IMG/VR virus record: IMGVR_UViG_2974767555_000001
Span: 1 to 64,000 of that record
Source: a virus
Taxonomy: Duplodnaviria; Caudoviricetes
Reading direction: 5' to 3' (one strand)
DNA length: 64,000 nt
Within the stretch, counting starts at the first letter, position 1, and each line of letters begins with the position of its first letter. The translations under genes were made by a program, and so were the position numbers. The notes beneath the pieces were generated by a model that saw only the letters and a list, made by a program, of their open reading frames with translations, did not search any database and was not told the origin of the DNA. Positions 18,614-29,089 of this stretch are shown here, in pieces.

Positions 18614-19611
18614 TGTCGAGGTTTATCCGTGAGGCCGAGCTTGCCGCCTACGACGACTGGGACAAGCTGCCGAATTCGTTGCAGGGCCTGGACACTCGGG
18701 TCATCTACATCAGCCCCGATGGGGACCGGTGGGACCTGATCGGCGGGCCGCTGGCCGGCATCCAGGGCGTGTGGTTGGCCGAGGAGTTTGCGGGCGAGCA
18801 CCATTGGCCGTTTGAGCTGCTGTTGACCGAGGGCGCATATGAACTCGGCGCGACCATCGAACGGGTCAACGTGCTCAAGCGCGAGATCGACCTGGGTGTG
18901 CTGATCGGTGGGCACAAGCGCGGGGTGATGACCAACTACCAGTACCGGATGGCTGAGTCCCGTTGGTGGGCCGGTCAGGACGAGAACCGGGACGGGTGGT
19001 TGGGCATCTATACCCGGTACTCCGGGTGGCGCTGGCTGCGGGTCCGACCGATGCAGACGGTGGAGGGGTCACTGAAGCGTGACCCGGTGTACGCCGGGAA
19101 CAACACGGCGACGTACAGCCTGAAGTGGATCGCCCAAAAGCCGTACTACTCCAAGCCGTCCGTGTGGGGCACCTACCAGACCACGGTGTCGAACAAGGAG
19201 GGGGTCATCACCCTGGCCAACCGGGGTGACCTGGAGGCCCATCCCCAGTTCCTGGTCCCACCGGGTAAGGCGTGGGTGGAGGACGGGATCAGTGGCCGCA
19301 TGGTGGAGCTGCCGCTGACCACCCAGAACGACGGCTACGTGCTGGTCGATACCGACCCGACGCAGCGCACCCTGACGGCATCGGGCGACCCGGTGGACAA
19401 CGTGTTCTACAAGATCGCACGGCAGTCAAGGATTCTCGACTTCTTGTTGGGCGAGCTGGATGAGACCGGCGAGCCGGTCTGGAAGCGGTTCGACAAGACG
19501 TTCACCCAGTCGGTTCCGGCAAAGACAGTGGCGCAGTTGCGTATTCGGCATGAGACGCCCGGTGCGACGGTCACCGCGATCATGCCCCAACGGTTTAAGA
19601 GGAGCCGATGA
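18613..19611 (+). CDS. Minor tail protein (distal tail-like)
   Basis: Follows tape measure; YISPDGDRWDL, ITLANRGD motifs. Confidence 0.8.
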   Translation: MSRFIREAELAAYDDWDKLPNSLQGLDTRVIYISPDGDRWDLIGGPLAGIQGVWLAEEFAGEHHWPFELLLTEGAYELGATIERVNVLKREIDLGVLIGGHKRGVMTNYQYRMAESRWWAGQDENRDGWLGIYTRYSGWRWLRVRPMQTVEGSLKRDPVYAGNNTATYSLKWIAQKPYYSKPSVWGTYQTTVSNKEGVITLANRGDLEAHPQFLVPPGKAWVEDGISGRMVELPLTTQNDGYVLVDTDPTQRTLTASGDPVDNVFYKIARQSRILDFLLGELDETGEPVWKRFDKTFTQSVPAKTVAQLRIRHETPGATVTAIMPQRFKRSR

Positions 19612-21443
19612 GCCTGCTTCAGAGCGCGATTGCCGACGACGGCCAGACGATCACTGTGCCGTCGTTGCACTTCACCAAGTGGCTGGATGAGACGCGCAGC
19701 AAGGTGATTGGGGCCAACGGTGCCCCTGACCCGGTGACCGACCCGATGTCGGCCTACCGGTACCTGAAGGGTCGCCGGTCGGTGATCGAGGGCGCGGCCC
19801 GTCAGCGCCCGATGCTGCGGTTGTTTGACAAGAACATGGACCCCATCGCCCAGATCGCCGGGGAACGGCTGGCGTCGGTCGAGGAAATGATGAGCGACAG
19901 CGGGCAGGCCAATGTCGTTCTGCGGTACGACAACTGGCTGACCGACTGGATTCTGCACCAGACGAAGATCCACGAAGACCTGCACCTGGTGGTCGATCCG
20001 AACCCGACGCAACGGACTTGGCGTACCCGGTGGGGCGGCAAGATCACCGGTATCAACGCCAAGCGTGACGCCAGTGGCATCCACACGCTGGAGCTGGAGG
20101 CAATCAGCAACCGGCAGCACGCCAAGCACATGCTGTTCGCCAGTAACCCGATCTTCCCGCCAGAGATTCAGCTCCCCAAAATGTGGGTGCTGCCAGGCAA
20201 TACGCGGACCATCCTGTCCATCTCCATGTTCATCAACCTTGCGCGGCGGTTCTTTCCGGCGCTGTCGATCCCGACCAACGTGTTCAACCCGTTCGCGTGG
20301 GTCAACAACGGGTTCGCTGGGCTGGACCCGCTGTCGTGGCCGCTGCAGGTGGCGTTCGTCAACGCGCTGCTGGACCAGTCGCGCACCTCGGTGCTGGGGT
20401 CGTCGTGGACCGACTGGCACACGGCGATGGGCGACATGCTCAAGGACGCCGGGTGCATCTTCCGGGCCTACACCTACCTGACCGAGGACGAGGAGACCCC
20501 GCACACCGAGCTGGTGGACGCTGTGCGCGGTCTGGGTCAACTGCCCGACACGGTGGACAAACTGTCACGCCCGCACCGCAATTGCGTGGTGTTCGCCATC
20601 GAGGACAAGTCGGGTGTCGAGGGTCCCACGGGTACCGCTGCTGACGGCGTGGTCAACCTGATCGGGGCCACGTTGGACGACATGATCACCGAAACACTGT
20701 TCAACCTCGACCGCGACGGTGACGGGGAGACCGATCCGATCTTCCGCAAATTGCTTGGCGTCGCACCGCAAAAGCCCAAGACGATCTGGTACGACGGCCA
20801 GTACAGCGGGATCATCGAATCCGAAATCCGAAGGCACAAGGGGCCTGTCAAGAAGGTGATGACCGGTGGTCGGTCGCCGACCATTGTGAACCAGGCCCAG
20901 ACATTCGCTATCCGCTATGCGCTCTCCCAGCTGGCCCAGACGATTGCCCTGTACGGGCAAATCGAAGGGACTGAGGGCCTTGACAATCTGTACCAGGGTC
21001 AGCTCGACAACACGCTGTTCGCCTGGCAGGGATTTGACGATCCGATCCGTGCGCTCCAGACAGGCGACATGGCGTGGCAGGAACACTTTGAGCGCGGCAG
21101 CGGCACCGCCTACACCCTGTCGGGGATCGTCACGCTGCGGATCGGCCACTACAAAACCCGTGCCTGGCAAGGCTTTACGGTCAAGGTAGTCAACGGGCGA
21201 CCCCACGCCATCGACATCGACGTCACCCTTGGCGACCGGGCGGGATTCGAGCAGGGCGGGATCATCTTCGTTGATCAGATCAGCGCCATTCGGCGTAGCT
21301 GGTCGCGGGAGCAGCCCGTCACGGTGGAGCTGTCCATCGGTGATGACCAAGACAAGGAAGACCCAGCAGCGCGCGGACTGCGTGCGCTGCAAGCGGTTTG
21401 GACAACGCTGGGGATGTTGTTGGGTGAAGGGACGATCTTCTGA
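19608..21443 (+). CDS. Minor tail protein (baseplate hub-like)
   Basis: 611 aa; LRLFDKNM, RWGGKI, VTLGDR motifs; synteny. Confidence 0.8.
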   Translation: MSLLQSAIADDGQTITVPSLHFTKWLDETRSKVIGANGAPDPVTDPMSAYRYLKGRRSVIEGAARQRPMLRLFDKNMDPIAQIAGERLASVEEMMSDSGQANVVLRYDNWLTDWILHQTKIHEDLHLVVDPNPTQRTWRTRWGGKITGINAKRDASGIHTLELEAISNRQHAKHMLFASNPIFPPEIQLPKMWVLPGNTRTILSISMFINLARRFFPALSIPTNVFNPFAWVNNGFAGLDPLSWPLQVAFVNALLDQSRTSVLGSSWTDWHTAMGDMLKDAGCIFRAYTYLTEDEETPHTELVDAVRGLGQLPDTVDKLSRPHRNCVVFAIEDKSGVEGPTGTAADGVVNLIGATLDDMITETLFNLDRDGDGETDPIFRKLLGVAPQKPKTIWYDGQYSGIIESEIRRHKGPVKKVMTGGRSPTIVNQAQTFAIRYALSQLAQTIALYGQIEGTEGLDNLYQGQLDNTLFAWQGFDDPIRALQTGDMAWQEHFERGSGTAYTLSGIVTLRIGHYKTRAWQGFTVKVVNGRPHAIDIDVTLGDRAGFEQGGIIFVDQISAIRRSWSREQPVTVELSIGDDQDKEDPAARGLRALQAVWTTLGMLLGEGTIF

Positions 21444-21985
21444 TGGCAGCCACGGAGATGACCGAGCGGGACCGTGCGGTCTGTGACGAAGCCGAGGAGT
21501 GCGACGACTGGGACGACCCGGAGTTGGCGGTCGGTCTCAACGCTGGGCTTGATCGTGAGAAGGCACGCAAAGTCGCTGACATGCGCGACATTCAGCGTGC
21601 GTACATGGAGCTGATGGAGGTGATGGAGTTCCCCGTCGATCAGCGCGGGGTGCCCCATGACCTGACGGCGATGTCGGCGTCCGCGCTGGCCATCGCTTGG
21701 ACCGCAGTGCTTTACGGGTTCCGGCGTACCGGTCCCGCATTGATCAAGAAGCGCAAGATGTTCGGCCCGGGTATCTATGAGAACGCCTGCACCTGGGTCG
21801 ATGTCAACGCGCCCGACGACGCCGAGCGCGATCTGCAACCCGGCGACTTTTCCGATGACCGGCTACGCCCGCCTGATGTGCGCGGGCTGGCTGCCCGCCG
21901 CGATGGCGAAGGGCCGCAAGTGATCGCCGAATGGCACACCAAGGCCGAAGTCCGCTACACCGACGAACCACGACCGAAGGGCTGA
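21443..21985 (+). CDS. Minor tail-associated protein (DUF2744-like)
   Basis: Synteny; GFRRTG...IKKR motif. Confidence 0.6.
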   Translation: MAATEMTERDRAVCDEAEECDDWDDPELAVGLNAGLDREKARKVADMRDIQRAYMELMEVMEFPVDQRGVPHDLTAMSASALAIAWTAVLYGFRRTGPALIKKRKMFGPGIYENACTWVDVNAPDDAERDLQPGDFSDDRLRPPDVRGLAARRDGEGPQVIAEWHTKAEVRYTDEPRPKG

Positions 21986-21989
21986 CCCG

Positions 21990-23429
21990 ATGACCGCACC
22001 CGTTTCCAACGTGCCAGGTACAGGCGAGATGGTGTACCTGAAGTCGGTGCTGACCAACGTCCACATCTTCGGGTGTGTGTCGGATGGTGAGACGCCCGAC
22101 CAGTTCTGCGCGACCTTGGAGATCGCCGGGGACAACGCCAGCATGAGCTTGGCCGCGCTGGTCGGCCCCAAGGGACCCCCGGGGCAGAACGCCTTTGCGC
22201 TGCGGCTCCAGCGGTCGATCATTGACGACCCGGAGGACCTGCCCCAGAACCTGACCGATGACGAGGAGGACATCGGCAAGTATTGGGTGCTCAACCATTA
22301 CGACACCCAGGACGAGCAGCACCAGGTCACCATCACCGGCAGCCCCGACGACGGTGTGTGGACCTACGGGTGGCAGGGCGAGAGCGAGGTGACCGAGGGG
22401 CTGGCCCCCGACGCCACTGCCGCTGATGTCCAGTCGGCTATCGAGGCGCTGTCGTACGTCGGGGCGGGAAACGTGACGGTGGAAGGCGTTGCGGGCGGTC
22501 CCTACCTGATCACCTATGCCGGCGCGCTGGGGTCCCAGGACATCCCCCACGGCATCGCTGACGGCACCGCGCTGGAGGGCGGCACAGCCCCTGCCGCCAC
22601 CTGCACCGTGACGGTGGAGGGCGGGTCGGTGCTGACCGGCAGCCGCGCGTACATCTGGTTCGGCGACCACTACAAGGTGCTGATGATGGGCAGTCAGGGG
22701 CCGGTCGGCCCGGTCCCCGCGATCACCTGGAGGGTGGAGCTGCTGGACCCCGATGGTTCGGTCGATAGCTACATGCAGCAGACCGGCACCATGCTGGCCC
22801 CCACGGTCACGGCCTACCTGAAGGTGCCGCGCGGCCCCCAAGGCCCCGCAACCAATCTGGGTAACGCCCCCGACGTGGACCTGAGCACCCCGCCGAGCAT
22901 CGGCCAGGTGCTGGGGTTCGCCGGTAACTACACCGGCAGCGGTGATCCGATCTTTGAGCCGATCAGTGTGGGTGCCATCGTGCCGCGCCCGTACATCGTG
23001 CCGGAGGCGGCGTTCAACAACTTCGAGGGTCTGTCCACCCGGGCACCCATCGGGTCGTTTGCTGTACCGGCGCAAGACTTTCCGTGGAAGCCGGTCGTGT
23101 TCGGCAAGATCAGGGCAACCGGTCTGGAGCTGGACTCCGACCCGCTGATCATCGGATGTGAAGTGCGGCTAGGCCACCCGACCACGGGTCAGCTGGTCGC
23201 GCGCGGGTTCGGCAACGTCAGCTCCTGGACCATCCTGACCCCGCACACCTCCACCCCGTCGTCGCCGTCCGACGCGATGACCCCGGACAACGACACGGGT
23301 TTGGTGCCTGCCAACCACACTGGCAACGACGGCACCCTGTACATCAACCTGTACAACGATGGCCTGACTGGCGTGTATCTGTTCAACAAGCAGAACGCAC
23401 AGCTGTTCGTCCAGGTGACGCCGGTCTAA
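21990..23429 (+). CDS. Minor tail protein with collagen-like segments
   Basis: GPKGPPG, GSQGPVGP, RGPQGP; inserted DATAADVQSAIEAL...GGPY module. Confidence 0.78.
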   Translation: MTAPVSNVPGTGEMVYLKSVLTNVHIFGCVSDGETPDQFCATLEIAGDNASMSLAALVGPKGPPGQNAFALRLQRSIIDDPEDLPQNLTDDEEDIGKYWVLNHYDTQDEQHQVTITGSPDDGVWTYGWQGESEVTEGLAPDATAADVQSAIEALSYVGAGNVTVEGVAGGPYLITYAGALGSQDIPHGIADGTALEGGTAPAATCTVTVEGGSVLTGSRAYIWFGDHYKVLMMGSQGPVGPVPAITWRVELLDPDGSVDSYMQQTGTMLAPTVTAYLKVPRGPQGPATNLGNAPDVDLSTPPSIGQVLGFAGNYTGSGDPIFEPISVGAIVPRPYIVPEAAFNNFEGLSTRAPIGSFAVPAQDFPWKPVVFGKIRATGLELDSDPLIIGCEVRLGHPTTGQLVARGFGNVSSWTILTPHTSTPSSPSDAMTPDNDTGLVPANHTGNDGTLYINLYNDGLTGVYLFNKQNAQLFVQVTPV

Positions 23430-26023
23430 TGCCACGCGCTGTTGATCTGCGACCGCAGAACTTTCGTTTGAGCCATGACCCGACCCATCAGCTGACCCCG
23501 GATGCTGGGCTGGGCAAGGAGTTCGGAAGCGCTATCGACCTGTTGGGCAAGCTGATCGGCCAGTTCCCCAACCTGATCAGGGAATCAGCGGAGCGGATCG
23601 TTGAGACCCTGATCGGCATTGCGACCAACCCGATCCCGGAGCTGGTGGAGTGGGTGCAGACCATCCCCGGGTGGGAGGCCATCGTCACGGCGCTGACCGG
23701 CATTCCTGGTGGGGTCGAGCAGCTGACCCAGATGTTCACCAACCTGCGGTCGTTCCTGACCATCGACATCAACGCCGAGGACTTCGACCCCCAGCAGGCC
23801 GCACAGCAATTCGTGACCACGGTGATCCAGCCGTTCATCAAGACGATTGCCCAGATTCGTGCTGCGTTGTTGGGGCCGTTGCCGATTGGCATGTTGACCG
23901 ATGAGCGTATCACCCTGTTGCTGGAGGGTGGGTTCGATGATGCGGTGACCATCGTGGAGGGGTCGGGGTACGTCCACGATCCCGACGACGGGGCCACCAC
24001 CCCGCTGGGCTGCGCGGTGGTCGAGTGCGACGGTCAGTGGCACCTGCTGTCAACGGAACCGGTCAGGGTCGCCCCCGGTTGGGTGCTCAAGGCGGGCGCG
24101 AAGGTCAAGTACGAAAACGTGGTGGCCGCAGCGGAATCGAACGCCATCAGGATCGAGCTGACCCCGTACAACGAAACCGAGCAGGGCGAGCTGGTGTGGA
24201 TGGCCAGCGATGAGTCGCCGACCGGTACCGAGGACTGGGGTGACCTGAACGCCTGGGGCGAGTACACCGTGCCCGCAACGGGTGTCACCCACGTCGGGCT
24301 GACGCTGGTCACCGCCGAGGAGGCCACCGGGGGTCGGGTCAAGTGGGACAACGTGTACCTGCAGGCCACCCAGAAGATCCCCCAGTTCTTCACCCAAGAC
24401 CTACCCGAGGACCTGCTGTCGCTGTGGAATGGGTTGGGCAGCCTGATCGACCAGATGCTGACCCGGCTGGGGATCACCCCGGCAGGTGACCTGCTGGACC
24501 GCATCTTTGACCTGAGCGACGAGCTGGAGTGGATTCAGCAAAAAGCCCAGGAGGGTGCCCAGGACGCAGCCGAGGCGCTGGGTGACATCGCCAACCTGGC
24601 CGGTCAGCTGCTGACCAATCCCGGTGCGGTGCTGGGGACCATCGGTCAGGACCTGGTGGAGCACCTGGAGGACGACCTGGCCGACGCCGGGGATGCCATC
24701 GCTGATGTGTTCGACGACATCCGTGAGACGTGGCGAAACTTCTTCAATGCGTTGACCGGTCGGACTGAGGACACCACGACACTGGACGAAGCCGCGGCTC
24801 AAATGGCTGAGTTGGCGGCGACGACAGCGGCCAACGCCGCGCTACTGGCTCAGCTCCAGGCCATCGCTGACGGTGACGGCAACGGCGGCGTGTCGGGTGA
24901 CGATGACTTCGAGCGGGTCAACACCGACGACATCGGCCCCGGTTGGGACGAAACGTACTCCAACAACACGGCAACCAACGGCAAGTACACCATCGCCGAT
25001 GGGCACCAGGCCGTGATGGTGCCGGTCGGTAGCGGTACCCAGAGTGGCAAGTTCCTGCGGTCACTCGATCAACCAGATGCCGAGACAGAGACCGACTTTC
25101 AAAAGGTCAGCCTGGTCTATGGCACTCAGGTGGCGGGGATCAACGCCGTTGACCGGATCTATGGTCGGGTCAGCGACGACGGGACGCAGTACGTGTTCGC
25201 CGAGATCGGAAGCGGCAACTCCTTCCCGATCCGGCTTCGATTGGGCTACAACGTCGGCGCGGGGGAGGTCATCACCTACAGCGGGGAACTGAACGTCCAG
25301 CGGTCGCCCGGGCAGATTTGGGCGCTGTTGTGCGGCACGGGTGCCAACGCGCGGGTGTTCGGGTTGTCGTTGGGCGGGTCGGTCATCGCCGGGTGGACCG
25401 ATGCCAGCAACGTCACTGGCATGGGGTCCGGGTTCCGTCGATGGGGCTGGGGTGGCGCGTCGGGGTCGTTCTTCGGGTCGCTTCGGCTCCCGTCTGCGAT
25501 CACCCGTGTCACTGTCGCCGACAACACCCCGGTTCCGGTGTTGGGCACGACATTCCGCGCCTACCGTGCTTCCACCAGTGCAATCACGTTCTCGCTCGAC
25601 AACGCATCGGGTCGGCTCGAGAACGTGTTCGACACCCTGGAGTACGTCTCCACCGACCTGGTGTGGAATCCCGCGACGGGCACGCTGACGGTGACCAAGA
25701 CAGGCACATATCTGGTGTCGGGACGCCTTGCGGCCAACGCCGATGTCAGCCAGAGCGCCAGCATCATGGCGTTGGACGTGTTCGTCAACGGCTCCCGCAA
25801 GATCAGGACGGGCGACAAGCTGGTTGCCTCAGCGGGTATCGGTGCCGGGTCCAACTACGACCGCGAGGTCGCTGGCTCGGTGCAGGTCTATCTACAGGCT
25901 GGCGACGAGGTTGGGATGTGGCTGTTCCTGAACAACCGGTCTTCTGGGGTCTCGGTCAACTTCCCGGTCGCCGGGGATGCTGGCGGGGTCAACACCTGGT
26001 TCTCTGTGACCAAGGTGGCCTGA
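23429..26023 (+). CDS. Minor tail protein / receptor-binding protein
   Basis: 864 aa; GPLP...LLEGGFD module, helical linker, beta-rich C-terminal domains. Confidence 0.78.
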   Translation: MPRAVDLRPQNFRLSHDPTHQLTPDAGLGKEFGSAIDLLGKLIGQFPNLIRESAERIVETLIGIATNPIPELVEWVQTIPGWEAIVTALTGIPGGVEQLTQMFTNLRSFLTIDINAEDFDPQQAAQQFVTTVIQPFIKTIAQIRAALLGPLPIGMLTDERITLLLEGGFDDAVTIVEGSGYVHDPDDGATTPLGCAVVECDGQWHLLSTEPVRVAPGWVLKAGAKVKYENVVAAAESNAIRIELTPYNETEQGELVWMASDESPTGTEDWGDLNAWGEYTVPATGVTHVGLTLVTAEEATGGRVKWDNVYLQATQKIPQFFTQDLPEDLLSLWNGLGSLIDQMLTRLGITPAGDLLDRIFDLSDELEWIQQKAQEGAQDAAEALGDIANLAGQLLTNPGAVLGTIGQDLVEHLEDDLADAGDAIADVFDDIRETWRNFFNALTGRTEDTTTLDEAAAQMAELAATTAANAALLAQLQAIADGDGNGGVSGDDDFERVNTDDIGPGWDETYSNNTATNGKYTIADGHQAVMVPVGSGTQSGKFLRSLDQPDAETETDFQKVSLVYGTQVAGINAVDRIYGRVSDDGTQYVFAEIGSGNSFPIRLRLGYNVGAGEVITYSGELNVQRSPGQIWALLCGTGANARVFGLSLGGSVIAGWTDASNVTGMGSGFRRWGWGGASGSFFGSLRLPSAITRVTVADNTPVPVLGTTFRAYRASTSAITFSLDNASGRLENVFDTLEYVSTDLVWNPATGTLTVTKTGTYLVSGRLAANADVSQSASIMALDVFVNGSRKIRTGDKLVASAGIGAGSNYDREVAGSVQVYLQAGDEVGMWLFLNNRSSGVSVNFPVAGDAGGVNTWFSVTKVA

Positions 26024-26024
26024 C

Positions 26025-27062
26025 GTGCCGTGGTCATACCCTCCGGTCATCCCGGAGCTGACCCACGAACCGGCCTGGTTCCCGGACAAGCCGGAACCAG
26101 AGCCGCCGCAACATGAACCGGCGTGGTTCCCGCGCTACCGGTTCACGGTGACCGATCAGGGCGTCGGTACCGATCTGGCGCTGCTGGTACCGGACATCCT
26201 GGTGACCGACCGGGGTATCGGCGGCGACAGCGCGCTGATGGGGCTGCCCCCGCTGGACCTGGGGGACCAGGGTGTCGGTGCCGACCTGGCCATCGCGGGT
26301 GTGCTCGGAGCCGATCAGGGTGTCGGTGCCGACCTGGCCGGTCTGGGTGTGTACGGGTGGGATCAGGCCGCTGGGTCAGACAGCGGCCTGGTCGTCCCCA
26401 AGGTGGTGACCGGCGACCAGGCGTGTGGGGCCGACCTTGCCGCGCTCCTGGTCCCGCAGTCAGGCCGCGATCAGGGTGTCGGCTCGGACTCAGGGACAGC
26501 GGGATTCGCCCCCCACGCCGCGCTGGCGGCGACGTACACCACGGTCGGGGCATACACCTTCACCATCCCGGTCTGGTGCCGCTACATCGACGTGATCCTG
26601 CTGGGCGGTGGTGGCGGCGGCAAAGGCATGGCCACAGCTGGCTTCTGGGGTCAGGGCGGTCGTGCCGGTGTGTGGACCAGCGTCACCTTGGAACGGGGGG
26701 TTCACATTCCATGGACGGCCATCCAGATCACAGGGACCGTGGGGGCTGGCGGTACCCCGGGCCAGGGTTCGTTCCTCAGCGCTGGCAACGGTGGCCCAGG
26801 TGGTGCCACAACAGCATCGGCAGCTGGGTGGGCAGGAGCTAGCGCAGCGGGTGGTGCTGGTGGTACGGCACAGAACTTCACCGACAACTCCGGTCTGTCG
26901 CCAGGTAACCGTACCCACAACGGTGTCACGTACACCGGAGGCAGCCTGGCGCTCATCGGCAACGGAAACGCCCCCGGTGGTGGTGGTGCCGGTGCACAGG
27001 TATCAACCGGTAACGGTGGTGCCGGTGCGCGTGGGCAGGCATGGTTCTACTGCTACCAGTGA
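26025..27062 (+). CDS. Glycine-rich minor tail protein
   Basis: EPAWFP twice, repeated DQGVGAD units, YTFTIPVWCRYIDVILLGGGGGG. Confidence 0.78.
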   Translation: MPWSYPPVIPELTHEPAWFPDKPEPEPPQHEPAWFPRYRFTVTDQGVGTDLALLVPDILVTDRGIGGDSALMGLPPLDLGDQGVGADLAIAGVLGADQGVGADLAGLGVYGWDQAAGSDSGLVVPKVVTGDQACGADLAALLVPQSGRDQGVGSDSGTAGFAPHAALAATYTTVGAYTFTIPVWCRYIDVILLGGGGGGKGMATAGFWGQGGRAGVWTSVTLERGVHIPWTAIQITGTVGAGGTPGQGSFLSAGNGGPGGATTASAAGWAGASAAGGAGGTAQNFTDNSGLSPGNRTHNGVTYTGGSLALIGNGNAPGGGGAGAQVSTGNGGAGARGQAWFYCYQ

Positions 27063-27111
27063 TCGAAACCTACTAGCACACAACATATCCCGATTTTGGA
27101 GGGGAACTGTC

Positions 27112-27510
27112 ATGGCCGAATATCAAGCCGCGCATCGACGCGCGTGTGCTGAGGCGATCACCGCGCTGGGCAACACCATTGGCCTGTACGCCGGTTCGAC
27201 CCGTGTCGGTACCGTGTCGGCCAACACCACGTGGGGATCGGCCACCGACCTGACCGAAGCAGTGGACCCGTCGCAGCCGGTCGATACCGACAACCCGTCG
27301 GTGGACAAGGCCCTGGTCACCGGCTCCCAGGTCACGCTGACCATCCCGGCAGGCACGGTGTCGAACGGCACCACCATCGACCGGTACGGAATCCTCAACG
27401 GCACAACGCTATTGAGGACCGAAGCGCTGCCGGTGTCACTGGTCATCAACGACGGCAGTCAGGAGGCGCAGGTCCAGGTCACCCCTCGGTTCAAGTACCG
27501 GGGGGAGTGA
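27112..27510 (+). CDS. Tail-associated protein
   Basis: GGAGGGG RBS, ATG 27112; beta-rich sequence; synteny. Confidence 0.7.
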   Translation: MAEYQAAHRRACAEAITALGNTIGLYAGSTRVGTVSANTTWGSATDLTEAVDPSQPVDTDNPSVDKALVTGSQVTLTIPAGTVSNGTTIDRYGILNGTTLLRTEALPVSLVINDGSQEAQVQVTPRFKYRGE

Positions 27511-27782
27511 TGGCGCGGATGCGGCCAGCTGACTGCATGTGGGTCGGTCTGGCTGCATACGTGGTGGGCTGCAATGTCTGTGCCTGCGCGCGGGGGACCG
27601 AGATGTTGTCGGAGGCTGCCGACCGGTACCTGGCCGGGAACCGCTGGGTCACGGAGCTGGTGATGCTGTCGGTGTACGCGCACGTCAGCAACCGGGTCCC
27701 CGACCGGTACGACCCCATCCACTGGGGCTTTTTGGGCGTCAAACGCCTTGTCACGCACGTCAAGCCGAGGAGCACGCGATGA
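27510..27782 (+). CDS. Small protein preceding lysin A
   Basis: TGATG start; EMLSEAADRY...RYDPIH. Confidence 0.65.
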   Translation: MARMRPADCMWVGLAAYVVGCNVCACARGTEMLSEAADRYLAGNRWVTELVMLSVYAHVSNRVPDRYDPIHWGFLGVKRLVTHVKPRSTR

Positions 27783-29089
27783 CTCGATTCCTGCCGCTGA
27801 AAGAGGGGACCTTCCGCTGGGGGTCGCCGTTCGGGTGGCGACCAGGCGGGGACCACTACGGGCAGGATTTCGAGGCCGCTGACGGCACCCCGATCTATGC
27901 CGCCCAGGCCGGGACCGTGGCATACATCGGTGCCGCAAGCGGATTCGGTCAGTGGATCGTGATCGACCACCCCGCTGCCGATGGGGCTGGGACGACCGTC
28001 TACGGCCACATGTGGGACGCATTCGCCACCGGTCTGCGGCAGGGCGATTGGGTCGGTGCCGGTCAGCTGATCGGCTACGTCGGTAGCAACGGCCAATCGA
28101 CCGGGCCGCACCTGCATTTCGAGGTCCACCCCACCGTGTGGCGGGCCGGTTCCCAGATCGACCCGCGCCCCTGGCTTTCCGGGGCGCTCAATCCTGGTGG
28201 GGCACTGACCCCGCCGCCGAGTACAGGAGGTGGCAACTTGTGGACTGGTGACCCAGTGTGGTTGGAAGAGGTGCTGGGTGCGGAGCTGGGCGACCGGCTG
28301 CGTACCCTGCCCGGGTGGAAGAACCGTGGCCACGGCGACTTCAAGGACATCCGGGGTGTTATGTGGCACCACACCGGCAACGGTCGTGCCAGCGCTGAGA
28401 GCATCCGCGACGGGCGACCCGACCTGGCCGGCCCGCTGGCCAATCTCCATATCGCCCAGAACGGCATCGTGACCATCGTCGCGGTCGGGGTGTGCTGGCA
28501 CGCAGGTTCGGGGTCGTACCCGTGGCTGCCGACCAACATGGGCAACTGGCACATGATCGGGGTCGAGTGTGCCTGGCCGATGGACACTTCCGGTCGTATC
28601 AACGCCAGCTACCAGGCCGAGCGCTGGCCTGATGAGCAGATCATCTCCATGCGCGACGTGGCTGCCGCGCTGTCGCTGAAGCTCAACGTCGGTGCCGACC
28701 ACAACATCGGTCACAAGGACTATGCCGGTGCGACACAGGGGAAGTGGGACCCCGGATACCTGGACATGCGGTGGTTCCAGGGCGAGGTGGCCAAGGACAT
28801 GCAGGGCATGTTCGGTGGTCCCGTCCCGCCCCCGCCGCCGCCCCCGGTGGTGGACCCACCGGTCAGCAACGGGTACGCCCACATCCTGATCTATCGCGGG
28901 ATGACCGGCCCCGCAGTGCGTGCGCTGCAGACCCGGCTCAAGCGGGCCTACTCCAAGCTGGTGGTGGACGGGGACTTCGGCCCCCACACGGAGGCGTGCG
29001 TGCGCGACTACCAGAAGCTGCACCCGCCGCTGGCCGCTGACGGAATCGTCGGCCCCGCAACAGCGGCCATGCTGGAGCTGGTGATCTGA
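27779..29089 (+). CDS. Lysin A (M23 peptidase + amidase + peptidoglycan-binding domain)
   Basis: HYGQDF, GPHLHFEV; GVMWHHTG, GHKDY, GKWDPG; DGDFGP, DGIVGP. Confidence 0.92.
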   Translation: MTRFLPLKEGTFRWGSPFGWRPGGDHYGQDFEAADGTPIYAAQAGTVAYIGAASGFGQWIVIDHPAADGAGTTVYGHMWDAFATGLRQGDWVGAGQLIGYVGSNGQSTGPHLHFEVHPTVWRAGSQIDPRPWLSGALNPGGALTPPPSTGGGNLWTGDPVWLEEVLGAELGDRLRTLPGWKNRGHGDFKDIRGVMWHHTGNGRASAESIRDGRPDLAGPLANLHIAQNGIVTIVAVGVCWHAGSGSYPWLPTNMGNWHMIGVECAWPMDTSGRINASYQAERWPDEQIISMRDVAAALSLKLNVGADHNIGHKDYAGATQGKWDPGYLDMRWFQGEVAKDMQGMFGGPVPPPPPPPVVDPPVSNGYAHILIYRGMTGPAVRALQTRLKRAYSKLVVDGDFGPHTEACVRDYQKLHPPLAADGIVGPATAAMLELVI

